Shown here piece after piece: positions 27,026 through 35,509 of a stretch of 64,000 nucleotides of DNA (positions are counted from its first letter, which is position 1; each line of letters starts with the position of its first letter). The stretch is from contig JBDRNC010000035.1 of NCBI GenBank assembly GCA_043811535.1, positions 52,650 to 116,649 on the forward strand. Direction: 5' to 3'. Under the pieces are notes generated by a model. The model saw only the letters and a list, made by a program, of their open reading frames with translations. It did not search any database and was not told where the DNA came from. This stretch comes from Elusimicrobiota bacterium (lineage in GTDB: Bacteria; Elusimicrobiota; Endomicrobiia; Endomicrobiales; JBDRNC01). The translations under genes were made by a program, and so were the position numbers.

Positions 27026-28528
27026 ATGCCTTCGCAAAAAACGAAAAAAGTATACCTGATATACACGTGCAATAACCCGCTGTACCCGTACTTTCCGAGC
27101 TCTTCCCTGTCTCTGGCGGGAGTCCTGCTCAAGTCCGGCTACTCGCCCGTGATCATAGACAGCGAGCTTGAGGACTGGAGGAAGTACGATTTATCCGACG
27201 CTCTCTGTGTCTGCGTGAGCACGTTTACGGGGCCGTGGCTCGGTTCCGCGCTTAAGATAACCGCCGAGATCAAGAGGAAATATCCGGGAATTAAGGTATT
27301 CTGGGGCGGGCCGCATTCCATAGCCCTTCCCGAAGTAACGGCGAAGCACCCGCTGATAGATGCCGTATGCCATACCGAAGGCGAGAACGTAATAACCGGC
27401 CTTGTAAACGCGGTCTATGGCGGTACCGAAGATTACTCGGGCATCAAGGGCATTATTTTCAGGGATAAGTCAGGCAGGATTGTACAGAACGAGCCGCCTG
27501 AGGTTGTGGATCTGGACACGCTTGACCTGCCGCCCTACGGACTGCTGAACCTGAAGCTTTATTCGGTAAAACACGGAAGGATATATTACCAGAGCAGCAG
27601 GGGATGCCCCTACAGGTGCAGGTTCTGCGTCTGCGAGAACAGGACTAAATGGCGCGGCATGTCCCCGGAAAAGGTTATCTCGGATTTCAAAAAAATAGAG
27701 GAGCTGTTCGCGCCGGAAGAGATACAGGTATTCGACGGAAATTTCTTCGCAAACCCCGAGAGAGTAAGAAAGATACTCTCTTTGAAGGTGCAAAACGGCA
27801 TAGACTTCAATTGGAGCGCCTACTGCAGGTTCGACACTGTCGCGAGGTTTTCCGACCGGGACCTTGAACTGCTGAAACAGTCAAAATGCACGGAACTTAA
27901 GTTCGGGGGAGAATCGGCTTCTCCAAAAATCCTGAAGTATATAGACAAGGAAACAAAACCCGAGTGGATAGCTGAAGGCGTGAGGAGAACGATGAAGCAT
28001 GGCATAATACCCACGCTTTCGTTTATGACCGGGTTCCCCGTTGAAACGGAGGCTGACCTCAATATCACGCTTGACACGATAAATTCGCTCAAAAAAGAAT
28101 TCCCTGCCATAGAAATAAACGGTCTTTTCATGCTTCAGCACCTGCCGAACACTCCTCTGACGCAGGAAGTGATAGAAAAATACGGCATCAGGCAGCCCGA
28201 TACGCTTGAAAAATGGGTCACGCACCACATGACATGGACCACGCGCAGCGATTATCCTTGGATGACTGACCGCGAGTATTCTTTAAGGAAAACCCTTTCC
28301 TCTATAATCGGCTACCAGTATGTTTCCGATGTGCTTACGAGGATGTCGGAAAGCCAGAGGAAAGGAACGATACTGCGCTCAAAGCTGCTGTTCGGCTTAT
28401 TCAGGCTGACGGACATGATAGTAAGAAATATATTCATACCGCTGAGATGGGATAGAAGGATCGTGTTTTTACCTGTTGAGTGGCGGATATGGGACTTCAT
28501 AAGGAAGCAGGTGCTGAGGACAGCATGA
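27026..28528 (+). CDS. Cobalamin-binding radical SAM protein
   Basis: WGGPHS, EGE, SSRGCPYRCRFC, DGNFF and FGGESAS. Confidence 0.88.
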   Translation: MPSQKTKKVYLIYTCNNPLYPYFPSSSLSLAGVLLKSGYSPVIIDSELEDWRKYDLSDALCVCVSTFTGPWLGSALKITAEIKRKYPGIKVFWGGPHSIALPEVTAKHPLIDAVCHTEGENVITGLVNAVYGGTEDYSGIKGIIFRDKSGRIVQNEPPEVVDLDTLDLPPYGLLNLKLYSVKHGRIYYQSSRGCPYRCRFCVCENRTKWRGMSPEKVISDFKKIEELFAPEEIQVFDGNFFANPERVRKILSLKVQNGIDFNWSAYCRFDTVARFSDRDLELLKQSKCTELKFGGESASPKILKYIDKETKPEWIAEGVRRTMKHGIIPTLSFMTGFPVETEADLNITLDTINSLKKEFPAIEINGLFMLQHLPNTPLTQEVIEKYGIRQPDTLEKWVTHHMTWTTRSDYPWMTDREYSLRKTLSSIIGYQYVSDVLTRMSESQRKGTILRSKLLFGLFRLTDMIVRNIFIPLRWDRRIVFLPVEWRIWDFIRKQVLRTA

Positions 28529-28550
28529 ATTACGGCGGAGGAAATCTGAT

Positions 28551-29942
28551 ATGACAACAGTGGCGCTTATCAATCCCGGGACACAAAGCTGGGCTTCGAT
28601 CCATCCGCCTTTCAATCTTGGCTATCTGGCCGCTTTTCTGGAAAAGAACGGCGTAAAATGCCATATAATAGACGAACTTGCCGGCCAGAATGTCGCGAAA
28701 ATGCTCAAACAAATAAAGCCGGATATAGTCGGGATTACAGCGACGACCGTAGTGGCCCCTTCCGCGTACCGCGCAGTCAGGATCGCGAAGGAAATGGGCA
28801 TTTTAACCGTCATGGGCGGAGTTCATGCCTCGATCCTTTCCGATGAGGCGCTCAATAATGGCGCCGATATCGTAGTGATAGGAGAAGGCGAGCAGGCAAT
28901 GCTCGATATAGTGAACGGCAGGAGAGACAGGATCATAAAAAATGATTTTGTGAAGAACATTGATGATCTGCCAACACCTCCATGGCGCTTGATGGACATG
29001 GATTTCTACCTCGCGACGAAAGACAGGGTCCCGAGAAGCCATATCAATCTTCCGATCCCGCCCGGGACAAAGATAGGGGCGCTTATAACATCGCGCGGCT
29101 GCCCGTACCAATGTATTTTTTGCTACAACAGCTGGCGCAATACGCCCTTAAGGTTCAATAGCGCGGAGCGCGTCATTGCCGACATAGAAAATCTAATCAA
29201 AGATTACGGCATCAAGGCGCTTTTTTTCATTGACGACAACCTTCTCGCGAACAAGCAAAGACTGAAGACGATATGCGAAGCCATGATCCGGAAAAATATG
29301 AATCTTATCTGGGGATGCCAGGCAACGGCTAACTATGTTGATGTTGAAACGCTTAAAATGATGAAAGAGGCCGGATGCCGCCAGATATGCTTCGGTTTTG
29401 AGAGCGGCTCGCAGAAGATACTGGACATACTTAAGAAGAAGTCCCAGGCAATCGGGCAGAATAAGCGAGCGGTTGATGTCTGCAATGAAGCCGGCATGCC
29501 GTTCTCGGCCACATTCATGATAGGTAATCCGGAAGAAACTATCGGCGATATAAAAGAAACTTTCAATTTCATCCGAGATAATAAGCTGAAGAAAGCCAGT
29601 ATACTTATCGCGACTCCGTTTCCCGGCACCGAACTTTGGGCCTGGTGCAAATCTAAAAAACTGATACCGGACAAGGTTGACTGGGCAAAGTTCAGCACCG
29701 GCGAGATATCTATTCCGTGCAACGACACCATCCCGCCGAAGGTAATCCAAAAACTCAGGGATGAGATACAGAATTATTTTGAGCCGATGTCGCTTAAAGA
29801 AATACTCTTTTATCTTCCCAAGAGGCCCGATATAATTCTCAGAGCCCTCAAGAACCCTAAAGCCGCTCTGTCATTTGTATTTAAAAAGAAAACGAACATA
29901 GAACTCACTACGGACGAGATGTTTGAGAGGATGTTAAAGTAA
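28551..29942 (+). CDS. Cobalamin-binding radical SAM protein
   Basis: PPFNLGYLAA, MGGVHAS, GEGE, TSRGCPYQCIFC and FGFESGSQ. Confidence 0.9.
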   Translation: MTTVALINPGTQSWASIHPPFNLGYLAAFLEKNGVKCHIIDELAGQNVAKMLKQIKPDIVGITATTVVAPSAYRAVRIAKEMGILTVMGGVHASILSDEALNNGADIVVIGEGEQAMLDIVNGRRDRIIKNDFVKNIDDLPTPPWRLMDMDFYLATKDRVPRSHINLPIPPGTKIGALITSRGCPYQCIFCYNSWRNTPLRFNSAERVIADIENLIKDYGIKALFFIDDNLLANKQRLKTICEAMIRKNMNLIWGCQATANYVDVETLKMMKEAGCRQICFGFESGSQKILDILKKKSQAIGQNKRAVDVCNEAGMPFSATFMIGNPEETIGDIKETFNFIRDNKLKKASILIATPFPGTELWAWCKSKKLIPDKVDWAKFSTGEISIPCNDTIPPKVIQKLRDEIQNYFEPMSLKEILFYLPKRPDIILRALKNPKAALSFVFKKKTNIELTTDEMFERMLK

Positions 29943-29943
29943 A

Positions 29944-31305
29944 ATGACAAAAGTAGCTTTGATAAATCCAGGCATTTCATCAAGGTTTGCGGTCCAGGAA
30001 CCGCTGAATCTGGGATACATAGCCGCGTATCTTGAAAAGAACGGCATTGATGTCCGTGTCTTCGATCAGCTGGGCGGGGACGACGTGCGTTCTTGCATAG
30101 ACGCATTTAAACCGGATGTGGCCGGAATTACCAGTACGACACCCGTAATATATGAAGCTTACGGAATAGCGGACTATTGCCGGTCAAAAGGAATTAAAAC
30201 AGTCCTGGGCGGCGTTCATCCGTGGATCTTCCCGGAAGAGGCCCTGAAACACTGCGATATCGTCGTGCGCGGCGAAGGGGAAAAGGTGATGCTGGATATT
30301 GTCAGCGGAAAGGCCGCCGGTCCCGTGATCGACGCCGGCTATATTCAAAATATCGAGGATCTTCCGTCGCCGGCCAGGCACCTGATGAAAATGGACAGGT
30401 ATCTCTACTGCAAGAAATATTCTCCGTTTATACTGCACCTGCCTTACGTGCCCGCCGATAAAAAGATCGTTCATATACTGACCAGCAGGGGCTGCCCTCA
30501 CTCGGAATGCATATTCTGCCACAATACGTTCAAGAAGTTCCCTTACAGGGCGAACAGCGCTGAAAAGGTCATCGGCGAGATCAAGCAGCTTGTCAAAGAT
30601 TACGGCATAGAAGCGGTATATTTTGTGGAAGATGATTTTTGGGCCGACATCGGCCGCGTGATAAGCATATCCGAGTTAATGATAAAAGAGAATTTGGATC
30701 ATATTGTTTGGGGCGGGAGCGCCAGAGTCGATCAGTTAGTGGCTAGCGACCAGAAAGTGCTTGAACTTGCCCACAGGGCAGGATGTCGTTCATTGTCCAT
30801 CGGATTCGAAAGCGGTTCTCCCAGGATACTTGAGGTCCTGAAAAAAGGTTTTACGCTTGAAGATGCCAAGGCTGCCATCGCAAAAGTGAGAAAAGCCGGC
30901 ATCATAGCGCACGGCAATATCATAGTGGGAACTCCCACCGAAACGATAGAGGACGTGAATCTCTCAAAGAAATTCATCCGCGAAACCGATCTCTTATATC
31001 CGGAGGTGTATATTTTTACGCCGTATCCCGGAAATCCGATCTGGTGCAGGCTGCTTGACGAAAATAAGGTAAGCAAGGATTTTGACTGGAGACAGTTCAC
31101 TCAGGAAGAATCGATCATCAATCTTTCAGAGATTCCGACCAGTATGCTGAACCGCCTCAGGGCGGAGATGTATATTCTTTATTATCTCACGCATCCGAAA
31201 TACGCCCTGGAATTTATTTTTAACACTCTCAGGCATCCGATAGCGACTCTGGATAAGGTCTACCACACTTTACTGCCCGTATTCCGCGGGAAAGGGAAAA
31301 AATAA
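29944..31305 (+). CDS. Cobalamin-binding radical SAM protein (CX4CX2C variant)
   Basis: PLNLGYIAA, LGGVHP, GEGE, TSRGCPHSECIFC and IGFESGS. Confidence 0.88.
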   Translation: MTKVALINPGISSRFAVQEPLNLGYIAAYLEKNGIDVRVFDQLGGDDVRSCIDAFKPDVAGITSTTPVIYEAYGIADYCRSKGIKTVLGGVHPWIFPEEALKHCDIVVRGEGEKVMLDIVSGKAAGPVIDAGYIQNIEDLPSPARHLMKMDRYLYCKKYSPFILHLPYVPADKKIVHILTSRGCPHSECIFCHNTFKKFPYRANSAEKVIGEIKQLVKDYGIEAVYFVEDDFWADIGRVISISELMIKENLDHIVWGGSARVDQLVASDQKVLELAHRAGCRSLSIGFESGSPRILEVLKKGFTLEDAKAAIAKVRKAGIIAHGNIIVGTPTETIEDVNLSKKFIRETDLLYPEVYIFTPYPGNPIWCRLLDENKVSKDFDWRQFTQEESIINLSEIPTSMLNRLRAEMYILYYLTHPKYALEFIFNTLRHPIATLDKVYHTLLPVFRGKGKK

Positions 31306-33584
31306 TGGCAAAAAAGCAAATTGAAAAAAAACCCGCACCGGCGGAGGACAAGCTTTCCGCCTACAGTCCCATTTTGCTTGTCCTTCCGTTGATATGGGGC
31401 GGAATTGTCCTGTACAATAACCTGAAAGTCTATCCTGTTAATCCGAACTTCATTGGAAATTTCCTGTCTTCAGACCCGGAATTCGGTATAGCCAGCTTTT
31501 TCTACCTGTTCAGTTATTTCAAGGAAATCGGCGTTGCGGCGCTGATGCTTGTCTCGGCATACGGCATAGGGCGTTTTATAGCCGGCGCCTTCAAACTGGT
31601 CTTCGACCCCGCCGAAGAATTTGTTTTCTCGTCAGCGATAGGCCTTACCGCCGTGATATATTTCACTTTGCTATGCGGCAGTCTGAGCCTGCTTTACAAA
31701 CTTCCCTTGGCGGCGCTGCTGCTAGCGGGCTTGTTCGCTGCTTTCCGCGAGTTTATGGCAAATAAGGCCAAATTCAAGCTGAATTTATCTCTTTCCAAAA
31801 CAAGTTTTCTGGTAAAAATCCTGGGTCTTATAGCTTTTGTCGTTTTTCTGTTCGTGCTGATCGGGGCGCTGTCTCCCGAGACATTTTATGATTCCATGAA
31901 ATACCATCTCGGCGTACCGAAATACTGGCTTATGCATAACAACACGCATCCGATACAGAATTTTGAGTACTCGTACTATCCGGTGAACATCCACCTCCTT
32001 TACACGGTGGCTCTTATGTTCGGGAATGAGATCACGGCGAAAATGATCCACTTTATGTTCGGAGCGCTTACTTCCCTCCTGATATACCAGTGGTGCAAGA
32101 AGAATTTTACGAAAGAGACGGGAGTAGCCTCGGTATTCATCTTTGTAACCATTCCTCTAGTTCCTGTTGTAATGTGGAAAACTTCCATAGAACTCGGGTT
32201 GGCCTTTTTTGAGACGCTGGCCGCGCTGTCTTTCGTGTATTACCTGACATGCGCAGAAGGCGAGAAAAAACAGTGGATGATTCTGGCAGCGGTATTTTGC
32301 GGAACGGCTATGGGCGGGAAATACCTGAGCATTTATTCGCTGATAAGCATATCAGCCGTTTTTATCATATACCAGGCGGTAAAAAAGGCCGATATAAAAA
32401 AAATAATATTAAACACCGGCATCCTGGCGACGCTGGCGATAATCTTCGTTCTTCCCTATTTAATCAGGAATTACGTATCGACCGGCGTGATGACATATCC
32501 TTATCAGTTCAGCTTCAAGTCCGATGTCACAGCCTTGATGAGGGAAAAACCGCTGCTGCTCGCCGACCCCGGAATACCCGACAGGAGTTTTAAGTATTTT
32601 TCCACGCTTCCGTGGGAAATAGCGATGGGGCGCAAGACGCAAGAGCCGTTTTCCGGTGCGATACTGCTGCTTTGCCTTCCGTTGCCCTTTCTGTTCAGGA
32701 AAACGGACAAAAAGATCAAACTGCTGGCGTACTACTGCCTCGCGTATTATCTTTGCTGGTTCCTTGTCAGGACGTATTTTAGGTATCTGGTGCCGCTGAC
32801 GCCAACGCTGGGCATCGTGTTCGCGTATTATATAATCGCCGGTATTTCAAGGAGTAAATTCGCGAAGAGCCTGTTCATGGTAATGCTGCTGATACTCGGA
32901 TTGTCCAGCCTGACGTTCACGACTCAGATACTTCGCGGCAGCATGGATCCGCTAAGAGTGGTTTTCGGCCACCAGTCAAAGAGGGATTATCTTTTCACGC
33001 AAAGGCAGAGTTATCCTTCCCCGTATTACGGCGTGATTGATTGGGCCAACAACAACCTGCCCAAGGACTCGACCATTTTGTTTTTGGGCGAGTGCCGCGG
33101 ATTTCATTCCGAAAGGAAATTCATCACCTATACGCTGAGCGATTACTGCCCGCTTATCCAATGGACAGACAAGTGCAGAAATGCGGATGACCTCTACGCG
33201 GTGACGAAGGAGAAAGGCGTGACGCATATACTTCTTAACATGTCCGAAGGGACCAGGCTGGCGGTGTACGACGGCCTGCATTTTGAGGCCGGCGAGCTCA
33301 GGATATTCGCCCAGTTTTGGCAAAAGTACGTTAAGGAAATATACAGGGACATCGGAGATATTTCTATTCCCCAGCAGGGGATATCTTCGATGAAAACCCA
33401 GCAGCCCGAATGGTGGGCGGGTTATTCATCCAACCCGAACAATTACGTTTACCTGTACGAGATAATGACTGTTGAAGATGCGGTAAAGCCGCATCAGCCC
33501 CCCAGGAATTTCTTCCTTGAGCCGCAGCTTTACTCCAAAGAACGCTGGCTGAAGATTCAAGAGGGTTGGAATACCAGCAAGTGA
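31305..33584 (+). CDS. ArnT/PMT-like (GT-C fold) polytopic membrane glycosyltransferase
   Basis: Loop motif YDSMKYHLGVPK after the N-terminal TM helices, GTAMGGKY, PYLIRNY, RYLVP, and a soluble C-terminal domain. Confidence 0.72.
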   Translation: MAKKQIEKKPAPAEDKLSAYSPILLVLPLIWGGIVLYNNLKVYPVNPNFIGNFLSSDPEFGIASFFYLFSYFKEIGVAALMLVSAYGIGRFIAGAFKLVFDPAEEFVFSSAIGLTAVIYFTLLCGSLSLLYKLPLAALLLAGLFAAFREFMANKAKFKLNLSLSKTSFLVKILGLIAFVVFLFVLIGALSPETFYDSMKYHLGVPKYWLMHNNTHPIQNFEYSYYPVNIHLLYTVALMFGNEITAKMIHFMFGALTSLLIYQWCKKNFTKETGVASVFIFVTIPLVPVVMWKTSIELGLAFFETLAALSFVYYLTCAEGEKKQWMILAAVFCGTAMGGKYLSIYSLISISAVFIIYQAVKKADIKKIILNTGILATLAIIFVLPYLIRNYVSTGVMTYPYQFSFKSDVTALMREKPLLLADPGIPDRSFKYFSTLPWEIAMGRKTQEPFSGAILLLCLPLPFLFRKTDKKIKLLAYYCLAYYLCWFLVRTYFRYLVPLTPTLGIVFAYYIIAGISRSKFAKSLFMVMLLILGLSSLTFTTQILRGSMDPLRVVFGHQSKRDYLFTQRQSYPSPYYGVIDWANNNLPKDSTILFLGECRGFHSERKFITYTLSDYCPLIQWTDKCRNADDLYAVTKEKGVTHILLNMSEGTRLAVYDGLHFEAGELRIFAQFWQKYVKEIYRDIGDISIPQQGISSMKTQQPEWWAGYSSNPNNYVYLYEIMTVEDAVKPHQPPRNFFLEPQLYSKERWLKIQEGWNTSK

Positions 33585-33629
33585 AGCTTCTATAATCCGT
33601 CCTGTTTCAAACCTCCTTTTCGCAGGCAC

Positions 33630-33658
33630 TTGACATAAAAGGAAATAGGTGTTATAAT
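33630..33658 (+). promoter_or_regulatory. Consensus sigma70 promoter of the hrcA operon
   Basis: TTGACA-17 bp-TATAAT with extended -10 TG. Confidence 0.88.
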
Positions 33659-33659
33659 G

Positions 33660-33686
33660 TTAGCACTTGGGGTAAAAGAGTGCTAA
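33660..33686 (+). promoter_or_regulatory. CIRCE operator (HrcA binding site)
   Basis: TTAGCACTT-N9-GAGTGCTAA, one mismatch to TTAGCACTC-N9-GAGTGCTAA, directly after the -10 box. Confidence 0.95.
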
Positions 33687-33706
33687 TTAATAAAATATGC
33701 AGTATT

Positions 33707-33872
33707 GATCCCGCCTTTGGCGGGATTTCACATGCGGCAATTCAATAGCAACACTTAAGGCAGGTGTCAATCCCGATTCGCGAAGTAGATCCCGATGTTG
33801 GGACTTCTCGGGCTTTCATACCCTAAAGGGTACTTCGATAAAGTAAATGATAGTTGGTCGCATAAGGCAATC
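33707..33872. repeat. Second, rearranged copy of the modular REP-like element, in the hrcA leader
   Basis: atcccgcc-ttt-ggcgggat, a degenerate 31-mer at 33728-33758, and gtcaatccc...taccc-taaa-gggtacttcgat...gttggtcgcataaggcaat shared with 25703-25780. Confidence 0.7.
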
Positions 33873-33884
33873 CAAGGTAAAAAT

Positions 33885-34928
33885 ATGCGTCAAGTGGACC
33901 CGAAAGTATTAGAGGACAGAAAGAAAAAGATACTTCAAGCCGTCATACACCATTATATAAAGACGGCCAAGCCGGTGGGATCCAATATACTGACCGAAGA
34001 ATATAAATTTGACCTCTCTCCCGCTACGATAAGGAACTTCATGGCGGAGCTGGAAAATGACGGCTACCTGACCCACCCGCACACCTCAGCGGGAAGAGTC
34101 CCGACAGACAAGGGTTACCGCTCTTATGTTGACTCGCTTATTGAGATTCAGATGATGATACTGGAAGAGGAAGACCGCGTAAGGCATGAATACACGGTTA
34201 GGGTAAAGGAGTTTGAGGAACTGCTTACGCAAACATCAAAAGTGCTTTCCGGGCTGTCGCATTATACCGGCTTTGTGCTGACCCCGAAGATTGAGAGCAA
34301 CCAGCTGAAACGCCTTGAACTCGTGCAGGTTTCCGAAGACAAGATACTGGCAATATTGATAACGCACACCGGCCTTATCAAGCACCGCCTCATAGAGGCG
34401 AAGATACCTAAGGAAAGACTGTTGACGCTCTCGAATATGTTGAACGACAAGCTGCACGGGCTCAATCTTTCCGAGGCCAAACAGAGCATATACGACTACA
34501 TAGACGAGATAGACCGCGAGGATAGGGAAATAATCAGCCTAGCAAAAAGTCTGGGCCCTAAGATATTCGATATTGAAGACCATGTATATATGGAAGGGAC
34601 TTCCAATGTCCTGAGCCTTCCCGAGTTCAAGGATTTCGAGTCGATGAGGTGCCTGCTCAGGCTCAGCGAAGAAAGGGAACTGCTTCTGCGGGCGCTGGAC
34701 AAGGGCATCAGCTCTGATAAAGGCGTGAAAGTGCTCATAGGTTCTGAAACCGACTGCAAGGAACTCAAGCACATGAGCGTGGTCAGTTCGATATACAAAG
34801 ACGGGGAAAAACCTATCGGAATACTGGGCATTATCGGCCCCAAGAGAATGGAGTACCCCCGCATGATGGCCCTAGTCAGCGCGGTTTCAAAGATAGTCAA
34901 TAAACTGCTTGTAAAAATAGGAGGTTGA
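33885..34928 (+). CDS. hrcA: Heat-inducible transcription repressor HrcA
   Basis: PVGS, SPATIRN, HPHTSAGRVPTDKGYR and GIIGPKRMEY. Start taken as ATG 33885. Confidence 0.96.
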   Translation: MRQVDPKVLEDRKKKILQAVIHHYIKTAKPVGSNILTEEYKFDLSPATIRNFMAELENDGYLTHPHTSAGRVPTDKGYRSYVDSLIEIQMMILEEEDRVRHEYTVRVKEFEELLTQTSKVLSGLSHYTGFVLTPKIESNQLKRLELVQVSEDKILAILITHTGLIKHRLIEAKIPKERLLTLSNMLNDKLHGLNLSEAKQSIYDYIDEIDREDREIISLAKSLGPKIFDIEDHVYMEGTSNVLSLPEFKDFESMRCLLRLSEERELLLRALDKGISSDKGVKVLIGSETDCKELKHMSVVSSIYKDGEKPIGILGIIGPKRMEYPRMMALVSAVSKIVNKLLVKIGG

Positions 34929-34929
34929 A

Positions 34930-35487
34930 TTGTTTGACAGCAAGGACAAGGAGATAAACTCAATATACGAGGCCGCCAGGGACGAAAAGATGGGAGAGCT
35001 TGAGATTCTTAAGCAATCCCTGGAAGAAAAAAAGAAACTGGCCGAAGAGTACTACAACCAGCTTTTAAGGCTCAAGGCCGATTTTGAAAATTTCAGGAAG
35101 CGCACTGAAAAAGAAAAACAGAGCCATCTGAATTGGGGCAAGGAAGAGATACTTCTCAAGCAGATAGACCTTCTTGACGTCCTTGACCAGGCAGTAGAGA
35201 GCATAAAAAGCAGCGATAACATAGAGAGTATCAAGCAGGGACTGACGCTGATGCAGCAGGAATTCGTCAAAATGCTTTCCAGCGAAGGCGTGAAAGAGGT
35301 GGGGGTGAGCGGCGGCAGGTTCGACCCCGCGGTTTACGAAGCAATTGAAAAAGTTGAAAGCGACCAGCCGGAAGATACTGTCGTAGAGGTTGTCCGGAAG
35401 GGATATTCCTTCAACACGCGGGTTATAAGGCCTGCGAAAGTGAAGGTGTCGAAACAGAAGGAAACAAATACGGAAAACACTAATTAA
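34930..35487 (+). CDS. grpE: Nucleotide exchange factor GrpE
   Basis: LRLKADFENFRKR, FDP and KGY...RVIRPAKVKV. Confidence 0.95.
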   Translation: MFDSKDKEINSIYEAARDEKMGELEILKQSLEEKKKLAEEYYNQLLRLKADFENFRKRTEKEKQSHLNWGKEEILLKQIDLLDVLDQAVESIKSSDNIESIKQGLTLMQQEFVKMLSSEGVKEVGVSGGRFDPAVYEAIEKVESDQPEDTVVEVVRKGYSFNTRVIRPAKVKVSKQKETNTENTN

Positions 35488-35509
35488 CAAAACCAGGAGG
35501 TAAATCAAC

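Noticed and set aside
13363..31305. Calling the B12-rSAMs BchE or a hopanoid biosynthesis cluster
   Set aside because: No photosynthesis or squalene/hopene genes are in the window. These would be family-level default labels.
12121..33584. RiPP cluster suggested by the SPASM-domain rSAM
   Set aside because: No precursor peptide, PqqD/RRE domain, peptidase or exporter is visible, and the context is glycosyltransferases.
33795..33884. N-terminal extensions in the ORF track (hrcA; likewise ptsH 4219, lepB 8387, rSAM 20664, murD 56405)
   Set aside because: The extensions run through repeats or overlap upstream genes. Family homology starts at the downstream start codons.
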